From Candidatus Bathyarchaeota archaeon (GTDB taxonomy: Archaea; Thermoproteota; Bathyarchaeia; Bathyarchaeales; Bathycorpusculaceae), in assembly GCA_963702095.1 (NCBI GenBank), contig OY969706.1, forward strand, positions 512,001 through 576,000: a stretch of DNA of 64,000 bases. The letters are read 5' to 3'. Under the pieces are notes generated by a model, which was given only the letters and a program-made list of their open reading frames with translations, did no database searches and was not told the origin of the DNA. Position numbers and translations under genes: made by a program. Shown here one piece after another: positions 29,923-41,627 of the stretch. The first letter of the stretch is position 1. Each line of letters opens with the position of its first letter.

Positions 29923-30895
29923 TAAATTGCTAAACGCACTCAGCTCAAAAGGTGAGATGCGCACAGAGGAATTCTACAACATTTTCAGCATCGTTTATGC
30001 CCAAAACCCAAGTGCATACGCAGCAGACCTAAAAAACGAAAGATACAAAACAATAAGGATGCTCGACTCGTTGGGGCATTGTGAATTCGACTTCACGCGC
30101 AGAAAAGTCTACGTTTGCCCTCCAACACTTGTCGGCATGCCATCAATCGGGTTGCCCCGAGTCCTTCTTACCGGAGCGAGATCCAGCACACTAATACAGG
30201 AACTGAAGGCTGCAGTCAAAAGCACCGGGGGAGCTGCATACATAATAATGCAACAGCAAACCGAACCTTTGCTTCCGACAGCATTTATCATTGAATCAAG
30301 CAACCAAGGCGCAATAGCAGAGATTGCCAAAAAAACGGGCATAGCTTACAGTCCCAACATAGCTTCCTGGGAAATAATCAACTTCGCCGCCGGACTCGAC
30401 CAGATAGCGCTACACTTTCTAGAAAGAAAACCCCCAAATTGGCAAAGCCAAACGTTCTGTCCAACGCTCCTCAAGTTCATGAGGCAACCAGCAAGTCAAG
30501 ACCTGGACAAGCTCGTGGGATACAAAAACCCAATTACCCAGCAGTACGACCACTGGCTCTGGAGAGGAACGCTTGCCGCCGAAATAGACCGCGACTTGGG
30601 TCGCTACCTAATGCTCGTAAAACATGGCATAAGCGTCCTAGTCCACGACCGGGTCCACAATTACCTTCTTGTTCCGGAGCAAATACCACTACCCCGCCTT
30701 TTTGCCAGAGCATTGGCGCTCTGTTCAGGTAAGGCGCCAATTAGCCAATATCTAAAGGAAAAAACAAGCTTCAAACGGATAAACGAAATTCCAATGCAAA
30801 TCTACTCAAAAGTCCCAACAGAAGTTGTCGACATATTAGCCAAAAAGCTTTCGCAAACGCCCTTCGTTGGCGAAATTAGTTCAAAACAATGGTGA
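29906..30895 (+). CDS. 329-aa partner of the helicase operon
   Basis: LDSLGHCEFD, LLTGARS and LPRLFARALALCSG motifs; overlaps both neighbours. Confidence 0.75.
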   Translation: MLKISDKLLNALSSKGEMRTEEFYNIFSIVYAQNPSAYAADLKNERYKTIRMLDSLGHCEFDFTRRKVYVCPPTLVGMPSIGLPRVLLTGARSSTLIQELKAAVKSTGGAAYIIMQQQTEPLLPTAFIIESSNQGAIAEIAKKTGIAYSPNIASWEIINFAAGLDQIALHFLERKPPNWQSQTFCPTLLKFMRQPASQDLDKLVGYKNPITQQYDHWLWRGTLAAEIDRDLGRYLMLVKHGISVLVHDRVHNYLLVPEQIPLPRLFARALALCSGKAPISQYLKEKTSFKRINEIPMQIYSKVPTEVVDILAKKLSQTPFVGEISSKQW

Positions 30896-33800
30896 AATAC
30901 ATGATTGACCCAATAGGCTCCTTTGACGAAGTAAAAAAGAATGTAATCCTTTATATCCAAACCGCTTTTGGAACAAGCTTCAAAGCAATCGAGGACGAGC
31001 GAGAGAAGCTCCTTTTGGACGAAAACGTCCTTTCCAGAGACCCATACATTGAGCCTTTGCCCAAGTATCAATCGTCTGGTAAGAAAATATTAGACCTTGT
31101 CAAAAACGATTTGCCCAGCTTAGGTGACCAAGAACTAGACCTCTTCAAATCTTTAGTCTCGTGCGGCCTGTTTGGGGGGTCCAGACAAATGTACCACCAT
31201 CAATTAGAAATGCTGCAAAAAGCGGTATCGGGAAAGAACTGCATAATTACCGCTGGAACTGGTTCCGGAAAAACTGAAGCGTTCCTTCTTCCCTTATTTG
31301 CCTACCTAGCAAATGAGTCAAATTCGTTGGCCAGCTCCCTCAGCGCCTGATGTGCACACTAAAGATTGGTGGTCGAACGTTGCATATCAAGACTCATGTC
31401 TAAAACAAAAGAAATCCTATCGCGTCACGCAAAGAAACGGCGAAAAGAGAGAAGCCGCTGTTCGTGCGATAATACTATACCCAATGAACGCGCTCGTGGA
31501 AGACCAACTTATCCGCCTCAGAAAGTCACTAGATTCTGATTCCGCCCGGCAATGGTTCGACAATAAAGCGCATCGAAACAGGATATACTTTGGCAGATAC
31601 TATGGGAATACTCCAATACCAGGGCATGAAAAATCGACTTCATCGTCAGGAATTCCAACCTATGACTTCAAGAAGCTGGATAGACTTGCAACGAAGCTAA
31701 AAGACCTTGAAAAGGACGCAAACGAGGCCGCAAAGGAAAGCAAAAAAGTCGAAAATAGCGATCCAGAGTTAGCAGATGTGATTAGGTATTCTTTCCCCCG
31801 TCTTGATGGTAGCGAAATGCGTTGCAGGTGGGACATGCAGGACTACCCGCCAGACATCCTAATCACTAACTTTTCAATGCTGAGTGTAATGCTCATGCGT
31901 AACGAAGATTCACCAATCTTCGAAAAAACGAAAACATGGCTCAGACAAGACAAAAAGCACATTTTCCACCTTATAGTCGACGAATTGCACATGTATCGTG
32001 GAACAGCCGGAACAGAAGTTGCATTTTTAATACGTCTGCTACTTTCGAGACTCGGCCTTAAGCCAGGCGATCCCCAACTTCGCGTTCTCAGCTCAAGTGC
32101 GTCATTAGTCAAGGGGAAAAACGAAAGCGAGACCTTCATCAAAGATTTCTTCGGTCTTGCTGAAAACGATTTTGAGATAATCGGAGGAAAACTTGAACCT
32201 CCAAAAACATCAGGACCCCAAATGGCGCTTCAAGCAGCTCCATTCATCAAATTATCCCAAATTCAAGGTCAGCCAAACGAACAAGAGCTTACGGACATTG
32301 CTAAAATGCTTGGCTATACAGGCACTTCAACGGGAAAAACGGCATTAAACGAGTGGCTGACAGCCTCAAATGTTGACCTTGCTTCACGTATTTACAAGGC
32401 ATGCAATTCGGTAAGCCAAACCAGAGCCGTTTCAATTGAAGAATTCGGCGATGGACTGTTCGGGGTCCAATTAAACAAAGGGGAGAGAAGGCAAGCCGTC
32501 AGAGGTTTTCTAATAGCAAGAGGAATAAGCGAATCGAGCGCCCTTCCCGCCATCCGACTACACTGGTTTTTTAGAAACATTGAGGGCTTATGGGCTTCCA
32601 TCAAACCAATATCCAAAAGCAACAGTCCTGTGGGCGAATTGTTTTCTCAACCTCGAATACTAAATGAAAAAATGGATAGCAGAGTACTGGAACTTCTTTA
32701 TTGCGAAAACTGCGGAGCAGTCTTTCTTGGAGGCAGCTGGATACCTCTAGAAAACGGCAACATAGAAATGGTCTCCGAAGACCCATATTTCGAGGGCATT
32801 CCAACCAAACAAAGGTCCAGAATAGTTGAAGAAAGATCATATGACGAATTCGCAGTCTTCTGGCCTCAAGGCGACCAGGAGCCGAGTGCAGAAATACCCG
32901 GATCTTGGAAGCAAAGGCGAATGAACAAAGAGCCATCCGAGTGTTACAGAGGTCAATGGAAACTAGCAAGCCTCGATTCTCGAACTGGAAGAGTCGAGCT
33001 CGGAGCCGACAAAGCCTCTCAAGACCCCAACAACTGGGTCAAGGGCTATCTCTTCCGCGTATCCAAAGGCAAACAACACTCCTTGACTGAAGATGAGAAA
33101 AAGGAGCTGAAAGACCTTAGAGCTCTTCCCTCCGTATGTATTCACTGCGGGCTAGAGTATTCGCCAAAGAAAAGAATGGTCTCGCCAATCAGAGGTTTTA
33201 GGACCGGTTTCAGCAAAATAAGCCAAATACTAGCCAAGGAGATATTCTGTGTAAACCCCGAAGCAAAAAAACTGGTTGTTTTCTCGGATAGCAGAGAAGA
33301 CGCCGCACAGATATCTAATGGTATGGAAAGGAACCACTTCTCCGACCTCCTGAGAGAAACTCTGATAAAAGAGCTGAGCATACGCGTTATAGCTGAACCT
33401 GAACTGCTGAAAGATCTCTTAGGCAGCAAAGCTCACAGCAAACGCCTTAGTGAATTTGTCTTAAAAAATCCGGGAGTCGAGAAGGAGCTGCAGGATGCCA
33501 TTGACTTGTCCAAGGTGGCATATGACACAAACGCCACAATAAAGAAACTGGTAGACGCAGCAAACAAAACTATTAGCGAAGTTTCAGAAAGAGGCAAAAC
33601 ACGGACGTGCCCGCTTTTTGATATAATTGAAGGAACTGACGAAAACGGAAAACGCAAATTGGGTCGACTGGTGCAAGCGCTAATAAAGGTAGGCGTAAAC
33701 CCTGCTGGTAACGATCGTGACGTGCAAACCTTCTATTGGGAGGGTTTGTGGCACCATTGGAGCGAGCTTTTCGACTTCAGCACTTTTGACTGGAAAGATG

Positions 33801-36653
33801 GCTTGCCACTTGGAGCAACAAAGGCGAAAGATGAAATAGTTGACGCCCTGAAAAGCGAAGTGAGCACAATTCTTTTCGGAAAGTTGTTCTACAATCTAGA
33901 GGCTGCCGGACTTGGGCAAGTTCGAATTAATTATTCCAGTGATAATGTAAAAGAGTTAGCATCGGTCGCAGGTTTGTCTGGAAGAGAGGATGTGTTTGAG
34001 CAAATCTGCAATTCCTCAGTGAGAATATGGGGCGAGGCTTATCGACATGAAGGCAGTAGGTATCAAAACTACGACTGGATCAAGTACGATAACACAGCAT
34101 CTAAATTCAAGAAGTACATACGACGAGTTGCAGACGTTTACAGCCTATCAGAATCTGCCCTCGGTCCTGCTGTATTTTCTGCGCTAGAGGCTGCAGGTCA
34201 CCATAATGGTCACCTAAGCACATCCAGGTTATCCGTAAAGGTTGCAATCGGCTCTGACCAAGTGTGGAGATGCCCCGTTTGTCAGAAACCACATCTAACG
34301 GAATCGGCTCAAGTATGCACTGGCTGCTACAATGACTTACCCGCGGCTTCGAATGCCACATGCAAGGACTTGTGGATCAGAAACTATCTTTCGATGCCTG
34401 TGGCATCCGAGAGAGACCCAACAAGACTCCATTGTGAGGAATTGACCGGTCAAACGGATAATGCGCCCGAACGGCAAAGATTATTCAGGGGAATAACGCT
34501 CGACCTAAACGGCAAAAGTCGAAAACAGATAAAACAAATTGACGAAATCGACGTCTTAAGTGTCACAACAACTATGGAAGTCGGCGTAGACATCGGGCCA
34601 CTGCAAGCAGTGATGCTAGCAAACATGCCGCCAATGCGCTTCAATTATCAGCAACGAGTCGGAAGAGCAGGCAGGCGAAGCAAGGCATTTTCAACTAGCC
34701 TTACACTGTGTCGTGGGCGAAGCCATGACTTCTACTACTACAAAAAACCGGACAAGATCACGTCTGAAGCCCCGCCTATTCCATTCCTAACGATGAACCA
34801 GCCAAGAATCCCCCGCAGAATCATCGCCAAAGAATGCCTTCGGCTAGCATTCCTCGATGCGGGCGTCACATGGATAGACGTACCAAAAGCACACCCTGAC
34901 ACCCATGGGGAATTTGGTCAATGCAAAAACTGGCCAAGTGTTCGCCAGGCAGTCACAGACTGGCTAAAAAACAGTGTCATGGTGGAAAAGGTAATCGAAG
35001 AGGTCACCGCGCCCAAACATTCGGATGCAGCACAACATTTAGCGTTCGTCAGGTCAGAATTGCCATACAAAATCGACGAGCTGAGCCTCAGATCCCGCTG
35101 TAAGCGAACGAAATCTGGCAGAAGTTCTCGCTGAAAATGGAATACTGCCCATGTACGGCATGCCAACTAGAACTCGCTTCCTATACCACAAGCTTGACAA
35201 CGACGAAGAGCATGTAATCGATCGGGACATTGAAATTGCCATAACAGAATTCGCTCCAGGATCTCAGAAAACAAAGGACAAAGTTATCCACACAGCTATT
35301 GGATTCACAGCAGACCTAATTAAGCAAAACTGGAGCAACAAGTGGAAGCCTGTGTCGACCGATCCCTTTTCGTTCAACGGCTGGATGACCTCCTGCTCCA
35401 AGTGTGGAGAAACCAGCACAGATCGCGTCCACCCCCCAGAGCCATCTTGCGAAAACTGCGGCGCCTCAGGAAAAGACGCTTCAGGAAAAGACATAGTGGA
35501 AGTGGAAAAGGTTGTTACTCCTCTAGCGTTCAGGACTGACCTTTCAGATGGAAAAGACACAAAGGATGAAGACTTCGTGCAGCGTGGAATGCCGAACGTA
35601 GTCGCTCAATCTTCCAAACTTGTTCCCGCCAAGAAGGTCCCCGGAAACACTGATTTGAGCATATTCGTCGACGGAAACGTATGGTCCTTTAACGACAATG
35701 GAAGAAACGGCTTCACAGGGGGCTTCGTCAAGACAAACAGGTATACTTTGGAAAATGGAACACGGGTCTACGCTCCCTACGTGCCCTTCTTGGAGAATCA
35801 GTGGATTGCCCAAGACTATTTTGAAAAGGTATCCGATGAACGCCCAAATCTGGAACGTGTTGTGCTTGGCTCCAAAAAGACTACGAACCTGCTCAGAATT
35901 GGCCTAAGTCCATCCCGTTAGGATTAGTCCTTGATGCATACCGCTCAGGCTCAATATACGCTGCCGTATATTCCGCCGCTACACTGCTAAGGAAAGTCGT
36001 TGCGGAACGTGAAGAAATCGACACCGACGAAATCGAAATATGCAAAATCCGCAACTTCCCAATTAACCAAAGTGGACTCATTGAGTTTGTGGGGGAAATA
36101 TCCTTTAGCGATCAACTGGCAAACGGATCAGGGTTCGTAAATAGGCTATTCGACACCTGGAACGACATTATCAATAGCATACTAAAACCGCAGCCCGGCT
36201 CCTTCCCCGAAATGATAATCTCAAGTGACCACAAGTGCGACTCCGCCTGCTATGACTGCCTCAAAGAATACGGTAACATGTCGTATCACGGACTACTGGA
36301 TTGGAGACTGGGCATGGCCTTATCTCAGAGTGCTAGGAGACTCAAACTATACGTGCGGATTAGATGGGGATTTCAGCGACCCTGAATTATCGACTTGGCC
36401 AGACGATGCCGAAAAGGCGGCCAAAAGCTTCGCTGCGAACTTCCATCTGCAATACCATCAATACGGGTCGCTATCTGGCTTTGAGTTGGGCGGAAAGCCG
36501 GTAATAGTCGTCTACCCACTGTGGCGGATTGATCATCACACAAGTGGAATTCTTGCGGAAGCTATAGTAAAAGCAGGGGGTCAAGCAAAGTTTGTAAACT
36601 CCTTTAACCTTGCAAGAGCCCCAGGAACCACCTACCGGAAGCTAGCTGTGTGA
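30889..36653 (+). CDS. ~1900-aa SF2 helicase with C-terminal DUF1998 (DruE-like); four frameshifts near 31325, 35090, 35900 and 36320
   Basis: TAGTGSGKTEAF, YPMNALVEDQ, DELH, FSDSREDAA, TTTMEVGVDIG, QQRVGRAGRR; SDQLANGSGF..CDSACYDCLKEYGN..LLDWRLG. Confidence 0.9.
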
Positions 36654-37787
36654 TCGAAAACTATAGACTTCCACCAACGCAAGTACGACTGAAGCCTCTG
36701 CGACACATATCGCCCTCCGCATTAGCCTCGCTGAAACAGTGTCCGTTGAGAACCGTCTGGGCTGCAAACAAAGCTCCGAATTTGCTCCCAAGACCTCTCT
36801 CACAAAGACTTGGAACAATAGTTCACCAAGTAATTGAGTCAAGCGCAGAAATCTTTTCTGCTAGCACCGAATTCCAGAAGCTGTGGGACACGTGCGTTAG
36901 CGAGCAAGAGACCCGGATGAGAGCGGTATGGTTCGAGAAGCATCTGGTGCCCTTAAGCAACACTGCCGCAAACTACAATGTTAAGAAAATTCAATGCTTA
37001 CATATTTTGCAGTCAAAAGAGACCCCAAAGCAGCCCACAGTATCAGAAGTGAGAATACCGAAGCATGAGCAATGGCTGAACAGCAAAGATGGTCTGGTTA
37101 TCGGGTGCGCTGATGAAATAAGGGAAGAAGGACCCGGCAAGGTCATAACTCTAGTTGACTATAAAAGCGGCAACATATTCGAAAATGGCTTGGGCAGCAA
37201 CATCCTTCCCTACTATAAAGATCAGCTCAAGTTGTACGCGGCGCTGTTCAGTGAAAAGTACGACCAATGGCCTGAACATCTACGTGATAGTGGGCTTAGA
37301 TGGAATACATCATCCTGTCCCCTTCGAAAAAGATGAGTGCCAGGCGCTCCTACAAACATCCAAGGACAAGCTACGCGAGCTTAACAAGCGAATCGAGTCG
37401 GAGATTGATTCTCCCGAGCACTTGGCAAATCCAACGCCAGAAAGCTGTCAAAGCTGCCTCCAAAGGCCAATCTGCAAAGCATATTTTCTCAAGCGAAAAA
37501 CAAGCACCGATGAAGGCTGGCCAAACGACGTCTGGGGAACTCTAACCGAGAAGAAAACGCTTCTTAACGGTCTTGGAAAAATCACCCTCAACCCACCCAC
37601 AGGAGGTGCCCTCAATCCGATACGCATTAGGTCCCTACAGCTGCAACGCCATCCAGCGTTAGAGTGCTGTCAAAAAATGGGCGTGTTTTCGCTAATTCCT
37701 GATAGTTCACGCGACTGCTATATGGAAGGCCTATTTACAACCATCTATGGGACTGATCTTCTCAACTCATGGAACCAAGGGTGTTAA
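36650..37787 (+). CDS. PD-(D/E)xK nuclease, Cas4/AddB-like with 1+3 Cys; frameshift near 37280
   Basis: SPSAL..QCPLR, GTIVHQVIE, GCADEI, VDYKSG, QLKLYA, CQSCLQRPIC. Confidence 0.85.
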
Positions 37788-37788
37788 A

Positions 37789-38787
37789 ATGCCACTGTGT
37801 GACAAATATGGGCGAGCCTTCGAATTCTCTGCAACTAAATCCATCATTTTGAAACTAAAAGAAATGTACCCTGGAAAAGTCCAGTTGACACAAGGGACAC
37901 AGCTTGGCCAAGAAAGAGGCTTTGAACAGTTCAGCGGACTCTCAAAAGACGAACAATCCTCATTTGACAAGGCAAGCACGGCAATTGCATCCTGGCGAGG
38001 AAAAAACAAATTCAGTCAATCAAGCGTGACGTCCATGAAAAAAGCTCCAAAGACATTGTTTGGCTATGGAACTGAGGGGCAGTCCGTGAAACAGATTTTT
38101 GGCGTCCAAGTTGATCGCTTGTCTGATGTTGAAGGTGTTGGAGGTGATGTTACCGATGTTAGAGTTGAATTCTTCTCCGAAGGCAATGCGATCCCCGTCA
38201 ACATCTCACTAAAACATATGCATACTGCATTGAAGCACCCGCGCCTCACAAGAGTACCCCAATGGATTGGCAAAGTAGACCCCCGCAAGGCACGAGAATA
38301 CGAAGTGAACTATGAAGGCATTTGGTCTTCTTTCTTCAAAAAATGCAATGAAATTTTGCCTGCTGCCCAAAGGTTCAGGGAAGTAAAAGCAGTCGAGCCT
38401 GACAGCATCGAAAAACACCTATACAAACCTCTATATGCCCTCGTCCGAGACTTCCTTTCTGAAAACACAAATAGTCCTACTCAGGTGGTAGAGCTTTTTG
38501 ATTTTTTGGTGGGCAAATATGAATATATAAAATTCATCAACCACGATGACAAGATTGAGATAAGAGACTTCTCCAACATACCCAAACCTCAAACTGTTAA
38601 AATCACATACTCGGGGACGGGTTATCTTCAATTCAATTTTAGCAACGGATGGAAACTCTCAGGTCGACTTCATACGGCTAGCAAATGGCTATCCAAAAAA
38701 CCAATAAAATTCGATGTCCAACCAAGAAACCTTGACGAGCTGGTACCTGCGATCTACATTCCCATAGGTTCGAACCTTCTGGCATAG
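37789..38787 (+). CDS. HaeIII-family type II restriction endonuclease
   Basis: GRAFEF, SDVEGVGGDVTDV and ISLKHMHTALKHPRL match the HaeIII family pattern; convergent with an M.HaeIII-like gene. Confidence 0.8.
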   Translation: MPLCDKYGRAFEFSATKSIILKLKEMYPGKVQLTQGTQLGQERGFEQFSGLSKDEQSSFDKASTAIASWRGKNKFSQSSVTSMKKAPKTLFGYGTEGQSVKQIFGVQVDRLSDVEGVGGDVTDVRVEFFSEGNAIPVNISLKHMHTALKHPRLTRVPQWIGKVDPRKAREYEVNYEGIWSSFFKKCNEILPAAQRFREVKAVEPDSIEKHLYKPLYALVRDFLSENTNSPTQVVELFDFLVGKYEYIKFINHDDKIEIRDFSNIPKPQTVKITYSGTGYLQFNFSNGWKLSGRLHTASKWLSKKPIKFDVQPRNLDELVPAIYIPIGSNLLA

Positions 38788-38805
38788 CCCGTGGACTCCA
38801 AGTTT

Positions 38806-39827
38806 TTAGGTGTTACGAGTCTCGAGATCTGCTTTGATTTTCTTGGCGAGCACTTCCGCAAGCATTACCGGAACGGCGTTTCCAACCATAGTGTATCCAT
38901 CGGCAACGCTTGAATAGTAGAAAATGAAGTCATCAGGGAATGTTTGAATTCTGGCAGCTTCGCGAACCGACAGTCGTCTGTAGATGGGAGCCTTGCTTTC
39001 AAATTTCCAAAGGTCCGTTTCGACTTTTACCATCTTGGAGGAACTTGGGTGAAGCGGCGCATGCCTGCCTCCAGCCTGAATTGTAAAAGAGGGTTCGTTC
39101 CAAGTCCTGCGCCGGTTTCGAGACATGTAAATCGACGAGAAAGTTCCATTCATGTATTCATGATTGAGGCACGTTAGCTTCTTGTTGGTCTTGTTTTTAT
39201 CCTGAGCTGGAACGGCTTCCGGAAGATCGCCAATGGCATCCCAGAGTGTTAGCCACTTCGGTGTCTTTTGACCGTCGAGGTTTTTTCCGCCGTCTTTGGA
39301 ATGCGTCGGTTGAGGGAAAACAAACCTCTTGCCAAGCGATTTGTGAAAGCCGATTACAATTACCCGTTTTCTTGCTTGTGGAACACCGTAGTCGCGGGCG
39401 TCGAGCAGCTTATAGCTGACTTCATAGTCAAGGCTGCAAATTTGTTCAAGATTTTCTTAAATTCGGGAAGGTGCGTGCTGGAAATTATGCCCGGAACATT
39501 CTCGGCTAAGAAGAATTTTGGCTTCTTGTCTCTCAGCACTCGGACGTATTCATAGAATAATTGCCCGCGCTCATCTTTCGCCCCTCGCATCTCTCCAGCC
39601 AGACTCCAGCTTTGGCAAGGTGGTCCCCCAATTATGCCGTCTGCGTCGGGGATTTCTTTCGACTTTATGACAAAAAGTGATCGTTTGTCTATGGGCAAGT
39701 TGTGGTTCTTTTCGAAAGTTTCCCAGACAATGGGGCTAATGTCGTTGGCATAAACCAGTTCAAACCCGGCTCGGGTAAAGCCAAGGTCGAGACCCCCGCA
39801 CCCTGAGAATAGAGAGATTATTTTCAA
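38806..39827 (-). CDS. DNA cytosine-5 methyltransferase, M.HaeIII-like (GGCC predicted); one frameshift near 39435
   Basis: FSGCGG, GGPPCQSWS, ENV, QARKR; TRD FSSIYMSRNR..WNEPSFTIQAGGRHAPLHP; GNAVP. Confidence 0.92.
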
Positions 39828-39889
39828 GTGCCATCGTCCTTAGAAGAAAGCTAATTATTGCGTCGATTATTAATAGATTTGGAACCATT

Positions 39890-40288
39890 TTGGTCGACCG
39901 CATAACCAAAGAGCAACGCTCAAAAATCATGTCTGCGATCCGTTCTGAAAACACCAAGCCTGAAATGTTGCTGAGAAAGGCGCTTTGGGCAAGGAACCTT
40001 AGGTTCAGGGTTTACTACGGAAAAGAGAAGATCGACATTGCCTTTCCTTCAAAAAAAGTGGCTATCTTTGTAGATGGGTGTTTTTGGCATGGCTGCCCTT
40101 TTCATTCTCACATTCCCAAAAGCAACAAGGAATACTGGCTGCCAAAACTAAAGAAAAACATCGAAAGAGACCAAAACAAGAACCAAAGGCTCGAAGCTGA
40201 AGGCTGGAAAGTCTTGCGTTTTTGGGAGCACGAGATTCAGGATAAAATAAAAATTATTGAAAAGATCCAAGCATCGCTTCAAGACTAA
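39890..40288 (+). CDS. vsr: Very-short-patch repair endonuclease Vsr
   Basis: RSKIMSAIRSENTKPE, FVDGCFWHGC, GWKVLRFWEHE. Confidence 0.95.
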   Translation: MVDRITKEQRSKIMSAIRSENTKPEMLLRKALWARNLRFRVYYGKEKIDIAFPSKKVAIFVDGCFWHGCPFHSHIPKSNKEYWLPKLKKNIERDQNKNQRLEAEGWKVLRFWEHEIQDKIKIIEKIQASLQD

Positions 40289-40369
40289 CCTTTCCTCATA
40301 TTGACCGGTCTCTAAGTTTTTTTAAGTAGATGATCTCTATGATATGAATTAACTTAAAGGCGGGAGATC

Positions 40370-41550
40370 ATGGTTCAGAAAGAAATACTCTTTTCAGAAT
40401 TAAAAACTGCAGATTTATACGTCGACGCACTATACAAGGCAGGGATTTCAGGAAACGTCAGCGATGATCCGATAAGCAAATTGATGCTTTGCGAAAATCA
40501 AGGTGGATTTCGAATAGTCGGAAAACGGCCAATTCAGCATACAAATTCGCAGTGCTTTATTCAACACTGGATGACCCTGACTGGCCGGACAGAATAGATC
40601 TTGAATTAGGGTATTTCATCTATTATGGTGACAACAAAGAACCTGGTCACGACCTGTTAGCCACACCTAAAGGCGGAAACAGGTTGCTTCAATTTAGTTT
40701 TGATGTTATTAGTAGCAAACCCGCTCAGCGAGAAAAAGTTCCACCTTTCTTCATTTTCACAAGAGGTGAAAAAGGGAGAGATGTGGTGTTTCGAGGATTG
40801 GCGGCACCGGGATCTGAAAGAGTGAAGCCAACAGAACAGCTAGTTTCAATTTGGAAAACAAAAGAAGGGAAAAGATTCCAAAACTATCAAGCATACTTCA
40901 CGATACTTAACGTTCCAGTTGTTCCCAAACTATGGATTAACGATCTTATCGAAGGTAACCCTCTAAGCCGAAACTGCCCAGAACAGTGGCGCCAATGGGT
41001 AGAAAAAGGAGTCTATGTTGCACTAAAGTCAGAGCTTACCCGAAAGTACCGGTCAAGACTTGAGCAATCTCCTTCAAACGAAATGGAAAAATCCATTGTC
41101 AACGCGATTTACTCTTACTTCAAACCAGATCCATTTGGATTCCAACATTGTGCTGCTAAAGTGGCGAGTTTGATGGATAAGAACGTAATAAGTTGCGATG
41201 TGACCAAACTTTGGCGTGATGGCGGTAGGGACGCTGTAGGCTTATATAGAATTGGCTCAGAGGGTGACAGCATAAATGTTGAATTTGCGTTAGAAGCGAA
41301 ATGTTATGAGTCAAGCAAGGGAGTCGGAGTAAAAGAAACATCAAGATTGATATCAAGGCTAAAGCATCGTGAATTTGGAATTTTCATCACTACATCTTAT
41401 GTGAGCCAACAAGCTTACGAGGAAATTAGAGAAGATGGACATCCCGTAATTATTGTAGCTGGCAGAGACATCGCTAGAATTCTGATAGACGTGGGTATTC
41501 GATCTCAAAATGATGTTCTCGAATGGCTAAAGACCAATTTTCCCAAGTAG
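40370..41550 (+). CDS. AspBHI/MspJI-like modification-dependent restriction endonuclease (SRA-like plus Mrr-cat); frameshift near 40530
   Basis: DLYVDALY, NQGGFR, WPDRID..FIYYGDNKEPG..TPKGGN, FRGLAAPG, RFQNY, DGGRDAVG, LEAKCY. Confidence 0.88.
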
Positions 41551-41627
41551 AGAATACGCAGATCAAAGATGGCGTAAACTGTTCAAATGATTAGCGCACG
41601 CTGAATATTAATTCACGCTGTTGATTG

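Noticed and set aside
36650-37787. Cas4-like nuclease suggesting a CRISPR-Cas locus
   Set aside because: No repeat-spacer array or cas1/cas2 seen; the gene is coupled to the helicase operon.
30889-39827. DISARM class II (helicase, DUF1998, C5 MTase)
   Set aside because: Helicase and DUF1998 read as one long gene, no PLD (DrmC) gene was seen, and the MTase pairs with a HaeIII-like REase.
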